A DNA stretch of 64,000 nucleotides, taken from assembly GCA_038889075.1 (NCBI GenBank), contig JAWAHS010000001.1:247764-311763 (forward strand). Direction: 5' to 3'. Made by a program: the position numbers and the translations under genes. Of this stretch, positions 9,600 to 21,898 are shown one piece after another. The first letter of the stretch is position 1. Each line of letters opens with the position of its first letter. This stretch comes from Ignisphaera sp. (GTDB lineage Archaea > Thermoproteota > Thermoprotei_A > Sulfolobales > Ignisphaeraceae). The notes under the pieces were generated by a model. That model had not been told where the DNA came from, searched no databases, and saw nothing but the letters and a program-made list of their open reading frames with translations.

Positions 9600-10546
9600 T
9601 GAGTACCGTAATTGTATATGATTTCCTTCGTGCTGTTGTTAGGGTTTCAGCACCGCTGTGCTATGCTGGTCTCGGCGAACTTCTTGTAGAGAAGACCGGT
9701 ATGTTAAATATATCAATTGAGGGAACCCTATGGCTTAGTTCGCTAGCAGCATTTATTATCAACTATTACTATGGAAATCCATACTATGGAGTTTTTGTTG
9801 GAATGTTTGTAGGTATGCTGTACTATCTCCTCTTCGGTCTTTTCTCTATATACATTGGGTTGAATCAGGTACTGATTGGTGTAGCACTAAATCTCTTTGC
9901 CTACGGATCCACATTCTATATATACAGATTTGTTTTTGAATGGAGGGAGAGAACAACAATACCATCTGTAAAGACCCTTATGGACGATCTTAGAATACCC
10001 TTCTTATCCGATGCACCTTTCCTTGGTGGTGTACTTTTCAATCAACCTATCACGGTATATGGACTCTATATCCTCATACCACTAGCATACTATCTTCTAA
10101 ATAAAACTATGTACGGACTCTATATTACATCCATAGGCGAGAATCCGGAGGCTTCTGATCGATTAGGTATATCGGTTTTCAAATACAGACTGCTATGTCT
10201 CTGTCTAGGAGGACTACTTGTCGGATTAGGTGGTTCCATCTTCACCACATACCTATCAAATATCTATTTGGATCAGATGATTGCGGGAAGAGGATTCATT
10301 GTCATAGCCCTCTTGATCCTAGGATCGTGGACGCCTTTAAAAACAATAGGTGCCATTCTACTATATTCATTTATTGAAGCTTTTCAATATAGATTTCAAG
10401 CACTCTTTGCGTCGCTAATGACATTCATACCATATCAGTTTGTATTAATGCTACCATACCTTACTACAATTATAGCATTGACAGTAATTGGAAGGAAAAT
10501 CAAACCTCCTGCGTGGCTTGGTAAACACTATACACGCATTAAATAG
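9599..10546 (+). CDS. ABC transporter permease (nucleoside type)
   Basis: GMLNISIEG, GENPEA, AGRGFI, MLPY motifs. Confidence 0.9.
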   Translation: MSTVIVYDFLRAVVRVSAPLCYAGLGELLVEKTGMLNISIEGTLWLSSLAAFIINYYYGNPYYGVFVGMFVGMLYYLLFGLFSIYIGLNQVLIGVALNLFAYGSTFYIYRFVFEWRERTTIPSVKTLMDDLRIPFLSDAPFLGGVLFNQPITVYGLYILIPLAYYLLNKTMYGLYITSIGENPEASDRLGISVFKYRLLCLCLGGLLVGLGGSIFTTYLSNIYLDQMIAGRGFIVIALLILGSWTPLKTIGAILLYSFIEAFQYRFQALFASLMTFIPYQFVLMLPYLTTIIALTVIGRKIKPPAWLGKHYTRIK

Positions 10547-10635
10547 ATATATGGTGAAAGCATATAGGTAGGCATATTAGAGGGTGGTGCAGATGCTTAA
10601 GAAGTTGTTTAAAAATCTTGAAATCTTTTTAGTAG

Positions 10636-11649
10636 GTGGTTAATATGATTAAATCTAGCGAAAAGATTAATCTGCTATTAAGGAACGGATACTCAGAGGA
10701 GGTAGTAGTTTTCCCTATAGTAGGATACCACGCAGCATACGTTTATAATATACCGTTTTCCATATATGTTAGAGATGCTAAGAGGATGGCTGAAACTCAG
10801 TATAAGGTGCTTAAATACTATGGATCTGATTTCATAGCACCTGTCATGGATTTAACAGTAGAGGCTGAGGCACTAGGCGTTTCCGTATCGTGGAACTCCA
10901 TTCCACCATCAATACATAGCCACCTAACAGTTAATGATATGCACATCATTGATAGATTAGCCAGCAACTTTCTTAGTCTTGGAAGAATTCCAGTATTCCT
11001 TGAATCCATAAAGACGCTTAGAGAAATCGATAGAGACGATAAGATTATATGTGGTTATGTCACAGGCCCCCTTACACTGGCTGGGAATGTATTTGGCTAT
11101 GAAAATACTCTTAAATTAGTATTGAAGGATCCTCGTAAGCTTAGTGAAATCATCGATCTGCTCCAGAGGTTGTCAATTCCATATCTAAGGGCATTGGTAG
11201 AAAACGGAGCTGATTGCATCATTGTAGCGGATCCGTTATCGGCTTTAATATCTCCACAGCACTATACTACATTTTCACTTAAACCATTAAAGACAATTGT
11301 AGATGAGGTAGAGAGATTGAATAGAATTGCAATTCTACATACTTGTGGAAATGCTACCAGAATACTAAGGCTGATGGCTGAAACAGGTGCTCATATTCTA
11401 AGCATAGACAAATATGTAGATATAGGATTTGCGCTAACGAGCACCAATAGGGTAATAATGGGTAATGTGCCAACCACATTATTTCTAATGAGTGCTGAAA
11501 AAGTATCGGAATATACGCTATCTATTCTAAACATATCTATGGGAAGAAGACACATTATAGCATCAGGTTGCGAAATACCTCCATACTCAAACCCAGAGTG
11601 TATAAAAGCAATGGTATCTTCAGCAAAATCCTTTAGTATACGGAGCTAA
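10636..11649 (+). CDS. MtaA/MtbA-like methylcobamide:thiol methyltransferase (UroD superfamily)
   Basis: DLTVEAEALG, GPLTLA, Zn-ligand HxC (HTCG) and C-terminal SGCEIP. Confidence 0.8.
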   Translation: MVNMIKSSEKINLLLRNGYSEEVVVFPIVGYHAAYVYNIPFSIYVRDAKRMAETQYKVLKYYGSDFIAPVMDLTVEAEALGVSVSWNSIPPSIHSHLTVNDMHIIDRLASNFLSLGRIPVFLESIKTLREIDRDDKIICGYVTGPLTLAGNVFGYENTLKLVLKDPRKLSEIIDLLQRLSIPYLRALVENGADCIIVADPLSALISPQHYTTFSLKPLKTIVDEVERLNRIAILHTCGNATRILRLMAETGAHILSIDKYVDIGFALTSTNRVIMGNVPTTLFLMSAEKVSEYTLSILNISMGRRHIIASGCEIPPYSNPECIKAMVSSAKSFSIRS

Positions 11650-12073
11650 CTACTTGCTACGTAATATCAATGTTAACTTGTTATCCACTGAGAAATACCA
11701 AAGAGTGATATCTACTAGGAATCCATTTGCGGCAGTAAATGTAGAGAAGTAGACTATCTAATGTACATATTATGCAGTTTTGAAATATCCGGCGAATGGC
11801 TATCCTTCGTCATTTCAAGCATACCCGTGGATAAAAATCTAACCTTTAATTATTCTCAAAAAAGCTCTATATGCTATGTACATTCCTCTAATAATGGTGC
11901 TCCCTAATCGATTTAAATCCACGTATTTCTACCAAATGGCAGGCAAACCAATTTTCAAATATTATAGATAGATTACAAGCTCAGTATTGCGTACCCTAGT
12001 GAGCTGCATCAAGCTGTTGTTTAAGAGTGTGTTTAAAATACTTACATAATTGATTTTCTAGATAGCTGGTTGG

Positions 12074-13624
12074 GTGTATACCGTGTTCAAAGGGTTCAAG
12101 ATCATTCTTACAGGTGACGAAGGTCTTGTAAGTAGTTACTATGGTACATATTTGGGCTTTGCATCAAGTTTGCCTATGGACATCTTTCCAGCTATCCTCG
12201 GAGAGTTTCTATTCCCCATTAGAAGTGGGAAACATGGAAGGATGCTCACTAGCCAGTACGGCTTATGTAAAATCGAGGCTACATTACTGAATAGTGGTTT
12301 TTCAAGAAATGAAGTTGCCATTGTAGATCCTAGGAGACTTGAGGAAGCTATAGGTCCTGAGACCCGAGCTATCGGTATAGGAGTTCTCGATCCCCTTGGC
12401 GTTAATTATGGCACAGCCCTTCTAAGGATAGTGCTTAGACTTATTGGAATGGAAACTAGGCTTCAGTCATACATGTCCTGGGCAACAATGAAAATCTTCA
12501 ACAACCCTGCTGTTAAGGGTTATAGAAATAGGCTCAAGATTATTGTAGGTGGACAGGGTGTATGGGAGATAATTGACGGAGGTTTGCAGAGGAAACTCGG
12601 TATAGATACTATAGTTGAAGGTGAGGGGGAATTAGTTGCCCCTACATTATTTAAGGCAGCTGTTAATGGTATGCCTTTGCCCAGCTATATAAGGGGTCCT
12701 CCGGTTCCAGTTGATAGAATCCCTGTAATAAGGACACCATCAAGGGGATTTGTAGAGATAACTAGAGGATGTGGAAGAGGCTGCATGTTCTGTAACCCTA
12801 CATTACTCATGTTTAGGTCCATACCCTACGAAAATATCTCTAGAGAGATCCTCACTAATTTGATAGGAAATGAAAAAAGAATAACACTACACTCGGAAGA
12901 TTTCCTTAGATACGGTTCAACAAGCCTCTATCCAAATGAAGAAAAAATTACCAAAATGCTTGGAAATATCTTAAAGATTCCAGGCCTAGAGGAGGTTACA
13001 GTAGACTTTGTGGCAGCTTCTACAGTCATGCTCAATCCTAGACTTGTCAAAGCAGCTAGCGATATCCTAGGTATTGGAGGTAGAAATCGATCGTTGATTC
13101 AGATGGGTATTGAGAGTGCAAGTCCGAGAATAATCAAGCTGATTGCTCCAGGAAAACCTAAGCCCTTTAGCTATGAAAAATGGCCTGAAGTAGTAGAATC
13201 AGCTATTATCGTATTGAATGATACTGGTTGGTGGGTTTGTGCAACGATAATAGTGGAGCTACCTTTCGAACAACATGAAGATATAGAAAGTAATATAAAA
13301 ATGGTAGAGAAGTTGGAACACTACGATGTACTCGTACTCCCCCTACCATTTATACCATCGGGAAGTCTTAGAAGAATAAAGAAGTTTACCTCTTCACACA
13401 TCCTAACGCATGCTAGAAATCTAGAGCTAATAGCCATAGCAGTATATGATGCAGTGAAAAAGATAAGGAAACTCTCAAAGTATCTAGTTGCACGAGCTCC
13501 TATCGGGGTAAAGCAACTATTAGGAGGTTTGCTCTATATGGCAGCAACTATAGGTGTTAGAAAACTCCAGAGAGGTATTCTAGAGTTCAAGATGCAATCG
13601 TACCTTAATCGGTATTCACTATAG
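12074..13624 (+). CDS. Radical SAM protein (probable B12-binding class)
   Basis: TRGCGRGCMFC CxxxCxxC motif; IIVGG and GEGE motifs upstream; GIES. Confidence 0.8.
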   Translation: MYTVFKGFKIILTGDEGLVSSYYGTYLGFASSLPMDIFPAILGEFLFPIRSGKHGRMLTSQYGLCKIEATLLNSGFSRNEVAIVDPRRLEEAIGPETRAIGIGVLDPLGVNYGTALLRIVLRLIGMETRLQSYMSWATMKIFNNPAVKGYRNRLKIIVGGQGVWEIIDGGLQRKLGIDTIVEGEGELVAPTLFKAAVNGMPLPSYIRGPPVPVDRIPVIRTPSRGFVEITRGCGRGCMFCNPTLLMFRSIPYENISREILTNLIGNEKRITLHSEDFLRYGSTSLYPNEEKITKMLGNILKIPGLEEVTVDFVAASTVMLNPRLVKAASDILGIGGRNRSLIQMGIESASPRIIKLIAPGKPKPFSYEKWPEVVESAIIVLNDTGWWVCATIIVELPFEQHEDIESNIKMVEKLEHYDVLVLPLPFIPSGSLRRIKKFTSSHILTHARNLELIAIAVYDAVKKIRKLSKYLVARAPIGVKQLLGGLLYMAATIGVRKLQRGILEFKMQSYLNRYSL

Positions 13625-13742
13625 AGAATTAACATTTAAATATCACATACGAAAATCCTTAGTCATATTAGTATTGAGGATTTTATACTCTGCTAAATCA
13701 AGGTAACTACAAATATTGTAGACGGCACATCTTGTATAGGTA

Positions 13743-15978
<2,236 letters not shown>

Positions 15979-16083
15979 AAAACAGTACACCTCGAATAAT
16001 CCCATGTACTATTTCATTCCATGGTACAGTAAGAGATGCCCTACCTATCTTAGGAGACGATGTTCCTAGGTTTAGATAGAGCT

Positions 16084-16779
16084 TCACTGTCTAGTCTTAT
16101 CTAAATATATCTTTATATCGTTAAAGGAAATTGATATGGCGCTTTTCGGTATACCAATCGGCATTATGTAGACCGGGGTTTCACCAGGCTTTACACCCAC
16201 TACCTCTGCAACTTCAGAATCTCTAAAAGCACCTATAGCAACAGTACCGTAGCCTAGTGCTACTGACATCAGATACACATTTTGACCAAGATGTCCAACA
16301 TCCATGGGCACATACCTATACCTTCCCCTCTCACCATAATATCTCGTGGTTCTCTCATACACAGCACATACAACTATACTAACCGGCGCCTCTTCAATCC
16401 ATTTCTGATTTAGTGCTGCTTTTGCTAGGCTTCTTCTAGCATCACCCTTCTTTACATTAGATAGACCATGTACGTGTGGAATGTATCTATATACACCAGC
16501 TTCTAGATATCCTCCATCAAACGTGTGAACAGAGTTCTCACCGATAGCAGTATATACCTCTAGAGGATATGTCGCACCTGCACTTGGTGATGATCTAAAC
16601 CCATTTATAGGATCGGTGATACCATAGGCAGCCCATAGAATCATGGACAGGTGGTCTAGCCTAATAGGTTCTTTCCTAAATTCTCTAATGCTTCTCCGCA
16701 AAAGAATTGCTTCCTCTACAGTTACTGACGATAGTTTCTGGGGTATTGGAAGATAGATTAGAGACATATTTTCGACCAT
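16084..16779 (-). CDS. SagB/ThcOx-type nitroreductase family protein
   Basis: RRSIREF, PSAGATYPLE, GHLGQN, IGAF motifs. Confidence 0.85.
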   Translation of the reverse strand: MVENMSLIYLPIPQKLSSVTVEEAILLRRSIREFRKEPIRLDHLSMILWAAYGITDPINGFRSSPSAGATYPLEVYTAIGENSVHTFDGGYLEAGVYRYIPHVHGLSNVKKGDARRSLAKAALNQKWIEEAPVSIVVCAVYERTTRYYGERGRYRYVPMDVGHLGQNVYLMSVALGYGTVAIGAFRDSEVAEVVGVKPGETPVYIMPIGIPKSAISISFNDIKIYLDKTRQ

Positions 16780-16839
16780 AAACTACCTTTGCACTATCGA
16801 CTAGAAATACCTTATAGCTACCATCTACATCTATACTAT

Positions 16840-18126
16840 TTACAGTATTTTTAGAAGGGAACCCCTTAGATCATAGAAGGTCGCATCTCTAATTAAAGCA
16901 TATCCTTTTTTCCCCAGGACCTCAACGCCCTGTTCAAGGATTACCGGTCTATAGTTATATAGCCTACCTATAGCCTTATCTCTATCAACATCCATCTCGG
17001 TTATCCAAACCTTTGCAATCGATCCTATGTATTCCCTATTTAGATTCAGTGCCACTACCTCATATACTCTTTCTATATAGCTACTTCTCTGCTTTTTTAT
17101 TGGATCTGGTATTTGGGGCATTAATGCGGATTTTGTCTGCGGCCTTGGCGAAAATCTTGCTATATGAACTCTATCAATGTAGTTTTCAGATATGAGTTGA
17201 ACGCTATCTAAAAATGCTTGATTGTCTTCACCAGGATGACCTACAATTATATCAGTTGCTATATGTATACCCTCAATTTTACTGCGAACCTCCTTAACGA
17301 TGTCTAGAAACTGTTCAACACTATGGCCCCTATTCATAGCCTTTAAAACCATGTTATTACCACTTTGTATAGGTATGTGGAGGTGCTTATATACTCTAGG
17401 ATCTTTCAATATATCTATTAAACCATCGAGATAATTGGTAATATGCCTTGGATTAAGCTGTCCAAGCCTCAGTATAAAGTCCTCTGAATCGATTTCAAGT
17501 ATGCTTTGGAAAAGCCTTGGCAGTGCGTAGACCCCATATAGGTCAACTCCATATACACTCAAATCCTGTGCTGTTATTTCAATTTCTAAAGCTCCCATGG
17601 ATAGCACCTCTTTAACTGTTGCAACGACCTTCTCTATAGGAGCACTACGGAGAAACGGTCTAGATACCTTAACGATACAAAATGAACACTCATCTATACA
17701 GCCCTCTGCAACTGGAATGCTGGCTTTCACACCTTCTATTACCTTCGGCATTATATGGAAGGACTTAAAATCATCTACTATAATAGTCTGAGGCGGTGCT
17801 TCAACAGCTTCAACAATTCTGCAAACACTCTGGGGTACTAGCAATATAGAATGTGGATAGACCTTTCGGATATTGGCTGGCAGCGCCCTAGCCATACATC
17901 CAGCAACTATAATCTTCTTACCTAATTTAGATAGAGTCTCTAACCTCTTAACCATTCTAACCTCGGTATCGTATCTAACAATACACGTGTTTAAGATAAT
18001 TACATCGGCATCATTAGGCGCATCGACAATCTCATAGCCATTATCCAGCAGTACGGTCTTCATAATTGCAGCATCAGCTCTATTCAATGTACATCCATAT
18101 ACTTCTATGTAGACCTTTTTAGCCAT
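16840..18126 (-). CDS. tRNA t6A37 methylthiotransferase (MiaB-like, archaeal e-MtaB)
   Basis: YGCTLN and NTC N-terminal domain; GCIDECSFC radical SAM motif; HIPIQSG, DIIVGHPGE. Confidence 0.85.
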   Translation of the reverse strand: MAKKVYIEVYGCTLNRADAAIMKTVLLDNGYEIVDAPNDADVIILNTCIVRYDTEVRMVKRLETLSKLGKKIIVAGCMARALPANIRKVYPHSILLVPQSVCRIVEAVEAPPQTIIVDDFKSFHIMPKVIEGVKASIPVAEGCIDECSFCIVKVSRPFLRSAPIEKVVATVKEVLSMGALEIEITAQDLSVYGVDLYGVYALPRLFQSILEIDSEDFILRLGQLNPRHITNYLDGLIDILKDPRVYKHLHIPIQSGNNMVLKAMNRGHSVEQFLDIVKEVRSKIEGIHIATDIIVGHPGEDNQAFLDSVQLISENYIDRVHIARFSPRPQTKSALMPQIPDPIKKQRSSYIERVYEVVALNLNREYIGSIAKVWITEMDVDRDKAIGRLYNYRPVILEQGVEVLGKKGYALIRDATFYDLRGSLLKIL

Positions 18127-18202
18127 ATTACTCTAGACCCTACTCAGATAAAAGTTACGAATCAAGTTTTAAGCTGTATCACAATACATAAATAGTAGAG
18201 AG

Positions 18203-18652
18203 GTGATAGTAGATTTGGCTGAAGATGATGTAGAATTAAAGATTATATACAATTACAATACTCTGCTCAGTAGAGCGTATTCAAAGTTGCCTGCAAGAAG
18301 AGGTAGTAAGGCATACGACATCCCATCGCTTGAAATAGACTATGCAGGAGACCATACAATGGTTAAGAACTTTGGATATGTATGTGATAGAATTAGAAGG
18401 GAACCTAGGATTGCAATGAGATTCTTTTTAAAAGAGCTTGCAATGCCTGGCTCATTAGATGATAAAAATAGTTTGATAATATACAGGAGAGTGACCTCAA
18501 AATCACTTCAAGAGCTGTATAGCCGCTTCCTTGAAACCTATGTTAGATGCGCTACTTGTGGAAGTTATGATACTGAGCTTGGTAGAGAGGGTAAGGTATG
18601 GTATATACAGTGTCTCGCATGTGGTGCTAAAACGTATGTAAAGCCTATATAG
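18203..18652 (+). CDS. eif2b: Translation initiation factor aIF-2 beta
   Basis: C-terminal YVRCATCGSYDT...CLACGA zinc finger. Confidence 0.88.
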   Translation: MIVDLAEDDVELKIIYNYNTLLSRAYSKLPARRGSKAYDIPSLEIDYAGDHTMVKNFGYVCDRIRREPRIAMRFFLKELAMPGSLDDKNSLIIYRRVTSKSLQELYSRFLETYVRCATCGSYDTELGREGKVWYIQCLACGAKTYVKPI

Positions 18653-18663
18653 AGGTATGTTAT

Positions 18664-18975
18664 GTGGTGTCCCTATTCTATATGAAGGTATATAATGTTG
18701 AGGATAAGACCATGGTTGCTGTATGTGACGAGGAGATTTTGGGAAAAGTATTTAGAGAAGGTGACGTAGTGTTAGACATAGCACCAACATTCTATGGAGG
18801 TGAAAAAGTCGGTATTGAAGAAATTATAGAGATGATTAGCACAGCTGATGTTGTGGTCCTATCCGGAAGAAGAATAGTTGATGAATTAGCTAAAAGAGGA
18901 TTGGTGCTAAAGGAGTATGCTCTTGTAGTTGAAGGGCAACCCCATATCCAGATAATTAAAGGGGTTTACAAATAG
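18664..18975 (+). CDS. DUF424 family protein
   Basis: VAVCDEEILGK.F...FYGG; conserved position between aIF-2 beta and NMD3. Confidence 0.8.
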   Translation: MVSLFYMKVYNVEDKTMVAVCDEEILGKVFREGDVVLDIAPTFYGGEKVGIEEIIEMISTADVVVLSGRRIVDELAKRGLVLKEYALVVEGQPHIQIIKGVYK

Positions 18976-19850
18976 TGAAGAGATTCTGCGTTAAATGTGG
19001 CGTTGAGGAGAGCACAGACATTCATATAATAAATGGGTTGTGCCCAAAATGCTTTATAGAAGTGCATGGAGTCTCTAAAACAGTAAAGATAATTAAAATA
19101 AAATACTGTAGTAGATGTGGTGCTATATTCTACGACAATAAGTGGATTAGCACAGTAGAGAAGAATCCTGAATATATCGTTAAGGAAATCGTATTGGATC
19201 ATCTGAAATTCGGGGAAGGAATTAAAATAGTAGACATATCTGTAGATTTAAACCCCTATACAAATTCGACTATCAAGGTAAATACCATATTTGAGTTTAT
19301 CAACAGGTTTAGATTTCAATACGAGTTACCTATTCAGATTCAGTGGAATAGATCGGTATGTCCAGCATGTCTAAAGAAAGCCGGAGGAGGATATAGTTCG
19401 GTTGTTCAGATAAGGTATATAAATTGGGATGAGGATATCGTTAGATTTATTGAAGAGATAGACAGCATGTTTAGAGAGTATATCAGTGATATTGAGGAGG
19501 TGAAAAATGGCTATGATATAAAACTTATCGATGTCCATATAGCTAAACGTATAGTAGAGTTAGCAAAGAGGAGATGGAAAAGCGCCAGAATCGTAGAATC
19601 ATATGGAGATAGTAGAAAGCTTAAAGATGGATCTAGGTATTCAAGGCTCTATATATCGATAAAAATTCTAAATCTTAAGGAGGGAGATTATGTTATACTG
19701 GATGGAAGACCATATAGAGTTACAGAGGTTAGTGAGAGGGAAATAGTTATGTTGGATCAAAATGGAACTCTGCATAGAGTTGGTATAAATGAATTGTCAG
19801 TCAAGTATATGAAGTCGCGTATAAAGACACGGAACCTAGAACCTCTATAA
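18975..19850 (+). CDS. NMD3 family ribosome maturation protein
   Basis: Four CxxC motifs, Y..VVQIR. Confidence 0.8.
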   Translation: MKRFCVKCGVEESTDIHIINGLCPKCFIEVHGVSKTVKIIKIKYCSRCGAIFYDNKWISTVEKNPEYIVKEIVLDHLKFGEGIKIVDISVDLNPYTNSTIKVNTIFEFINRFRFQYELPIQIQWNRSVCPACLKKAGGGYSSVVQIRYINWDEDIVRFIEEIDSMFREYISDIEEVKNGYDIKLIDVHIAKRIVELAKRRWKSARIVESYGDSRKLKDGSRYSRLYISIKILNLKEGDYVILDGRPYRVTEVSEREIVMLDQNGTLHRVGINELSVKYMKSRIKTRNLEPL

Positions 19851-19901
19851 CTTATATATTTGGATCGTTACTACTATACTATACGATGAGGTGAAGATTT
19901 C

Positions 19902-20234
19902 ATACCAGATAAAAAGAAGAAGGAAAAGGAGCAGATCGTAGAAGAAAAGGAGATTATGGTACCATCTGATGGACAGGTTATATGTGTAATAGATGAGATC
20001 ATAGGGGCCGATTTCGTGAAGGTTAGATGTAGCGATGGTGTTTTAAGATCATGCAGAATTCCAGGAAGATTTAGAAGAAGGACGTGGCTTTCTGAAGGTG
20101 ATGTGGTTCTCGTTCAGCCATGGGATTTCCAGCCAAATAAAGGTGACATTATACATAAATACTCAAGGGATGAAATTAAAAGATTGATAAACATGGGTAT
20201 GGTAGCGAGAGAATTTATCGAAGGTGGAACATAG
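19902..20234 (+). CDS. eif1a: Translation initiation factor aIF-1A (probable ATA start at 19902; first ATG at 19956)
   Basis: VRCSDG..R.CRIPGRFRRRTW..EGDVVLV.PWDFQ..KGDI; basic N-terminal tail in frame upstream of the ATG. Confidence 0.9.
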   Translation: MPDKKKKEKEQIVEEKEIMVPSDGQVICVIDEIIGADFVKVRCSDGVLRSCRIPGRFRRRTWLSEGDVVLVQPWDFQPNKGDIIHKYSRDEIKRLINMGMVAREFIEGGT

Positions 20235-21074
20235 CTGTCGCCAAAGAGCGATTTTGATAAGAATATCGATCTTGATATACGTAGAAGGGTTTCCGAGCCT
20301 AAGATAAAGGATAAAGATCTTTTTGAAACCGTTGAGGAAGTATTTGATAAATCTACGGTTCTAGCTATTTTGGAGTTACAAAGGAGAAACTGTATAACTA
20401 AGTTGAAAGGGGTTATATCAGCGGGTAAAGAAGCTCGTGTATACTGGGGTAAAGGTAGTAATGGTGAAGATTTAGCGGTAAAGATATATCTAACGTCTTC
20501 AGCTGAGTTTAGGAAGAGTATATTGAAGTATATTCAGGGAGATCCTAGGTTTGAACACATTAAGAGTATGGCAATGCATAAGTTGATCAGTATATGGGCT
20601 AGAAAAGAGTATTCTAATCTGAAAAGGATGTACGATGCAGGTGTTAGTGTGCCAAAACCTATATGTGTGTATAGAAACGTCCTCATAATGGAATTCATTG
20701 GCGAGGAGGGTGTTAGAGCTCCCCTTCTAAGAGAGGTGTATAAGCTACAGTATCTAGATATAGAGAAGAGCAGATACTATTTTTCAACTATAATAAAAAA
20801 CATCTATAGAATGTACTGGTTTGCAGGACTTGTACACGGTGATTTAAGCGAATATAACGTTATGATATTTAGAGACACCCCCTATATAATTGATGTAAGT
20901 CAGTCTGTTAGAATTGAACATCCAAATGCACACCAATTTCTCTACCGAGATATTACGAATATAGTTCGTTTCTTTAGCGAGGAAGTAGGTCTCGATGCAC
21001 CTACAGCTGATGAAATCTACAATAGTATACTATCAAAAAGTAGTAGAATTTTTGAGGAATTGTTAGAGGAATAA
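20235..21074 (+). CDS. rio1: RIO1 serine kinase (probable CTG start at 20235)
   Basis: ISAGKEA, AVKIY, WARKEY.NL, HGDLSEYN, IIDVSQ; conserved VEEVFD..T lies upstream of the ORF-track start at 20370. Confidence 0.88.
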   Translation: MSPKSDFDKNIDLDIRRRVSEPKIKDKDLFETVEEVFDKSTVLAILELQRRNCITKLKGVISAGKEARVYWGKGSNGEDLAVKIYLTSSAEFRKSILKYIQGDPRFEHIKSMAMHKLISIWARKEYSNLKRMYDAGVSVPKPICVYRNVLIMEFIGEEGVRAPLLREVYKLQYLDIEKSRYYFSTIIKNIYRMYWFAGLVHGDLSEYNVMIFRDTPYIIDVSQSVRIEHPNAHQFLYRDITNIVRFFSEEVGLDAPTADEIYNSILSKSSRIFEELLEE

Positions 21075-21176
21075 TGTAACAATAGATATCTTCAGCTTTT
21101 TAATCTGCTAAAATATTTAACAGGACTTACTGAATAGGCACATTTATCTAATTTATTAGATGAGGTATCACATGAG

Positions 21177-21839
21177 ATGAGTAGTGCAGATAAAATTTCC
21201 CACACTTCTAACTCAAATAACTCTTCTAATAAAGTAGATTTGTCATCCCCCAATACAATGGGCTACACAGTACAAGGAGTAACAAAACTATATGTAAAGG
21301 TACCAGTTGAACGCATAGGAGCAGTTATTGGTAAAGGTGGGGAAACTCTAAAGAAGCTTATGGAAGCCACAAAGACATTGATAACTATAAATGAAATTGA
21401 TGGAATTACAGTAATAGAACCTGCCTCACCATACACAAGACCTATAGATTTAATGAAGGCACAAGATGTGATTAAAGCGATTGGCTATGGCTTTGCACCC
21501 GATAGAGCATTTAGGCTACTGGACGAGGATCAAATTCTCATTGTAATAGACTTGAAGGATCACGTCAAGCCATCACTTAACCATCTTACTAGAGTTAAGG
21601 GAAGAGTCATAGGTGAAGAGGGGAGGGTAAGGAAGAATCTAGAAGATATGACTGATACGTATATATCTGTATACGATGATTATGTAGCAATAATAGGAGA
21701 GTATGATAATGCTAATATAGCTAGGGAGGCTATAATGATGATTATTGAGGGAAGACAGCATGCAACTGTATATCGATATGTAGATAAAGCTATGAGACAA
21801 ATTAGAAGAACCAAAATGCTATCACTATGGAGAACGTAG
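21177..21839 (+). CDS. KH-domain rRNA processing protein (Dim2/Pno1-like)
   Basis: IGAVIGKGG, AIGYGF, RVKGRVIG..G, H.TVY; follows RIO1. Confidence 0.88.
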   Translation: MSSADKISHTSNSNNSSNKVDLSSPNTMGYTVQGVTKLYVKVPVERIGAVIGKGGETLKKLMEATKTLITINEIDGITVIEPASPYTRPIDLMKAQDVIKAIGYGFAPDRAFRLLDEDQILIVIDLKDHVKPSLNHLTRVKGRVIGEEGRVRKNLEDMTDTYISVYDDYVAIIGEYDNANIAREAIMMIIEGRQHATVYRYVDKAMRQIRRTKMLSLWRT

Positions 21840-21898
21840 AGTAAGATAATAAGAATATATAAGGGTGTGTAACCTAAGAAATCTTGATGAAATCTGGT

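Noticed and set aside
4600-9972. 19-bp direct repeat CAACAATACCATCTGTAAA at 4600-4618 and 9954-9972
   Set aside because: Both copies lie inside coding sequence (TIPSVK) of intact genes, with no element boundaries; compatible with chance in AT-rich DNA
11650-12070. 420-bp intergenic gap between the MtbA-like and radical SAM genes
   Set aside because: No convincing ORF remnant, repeat or RNA structure could be supported
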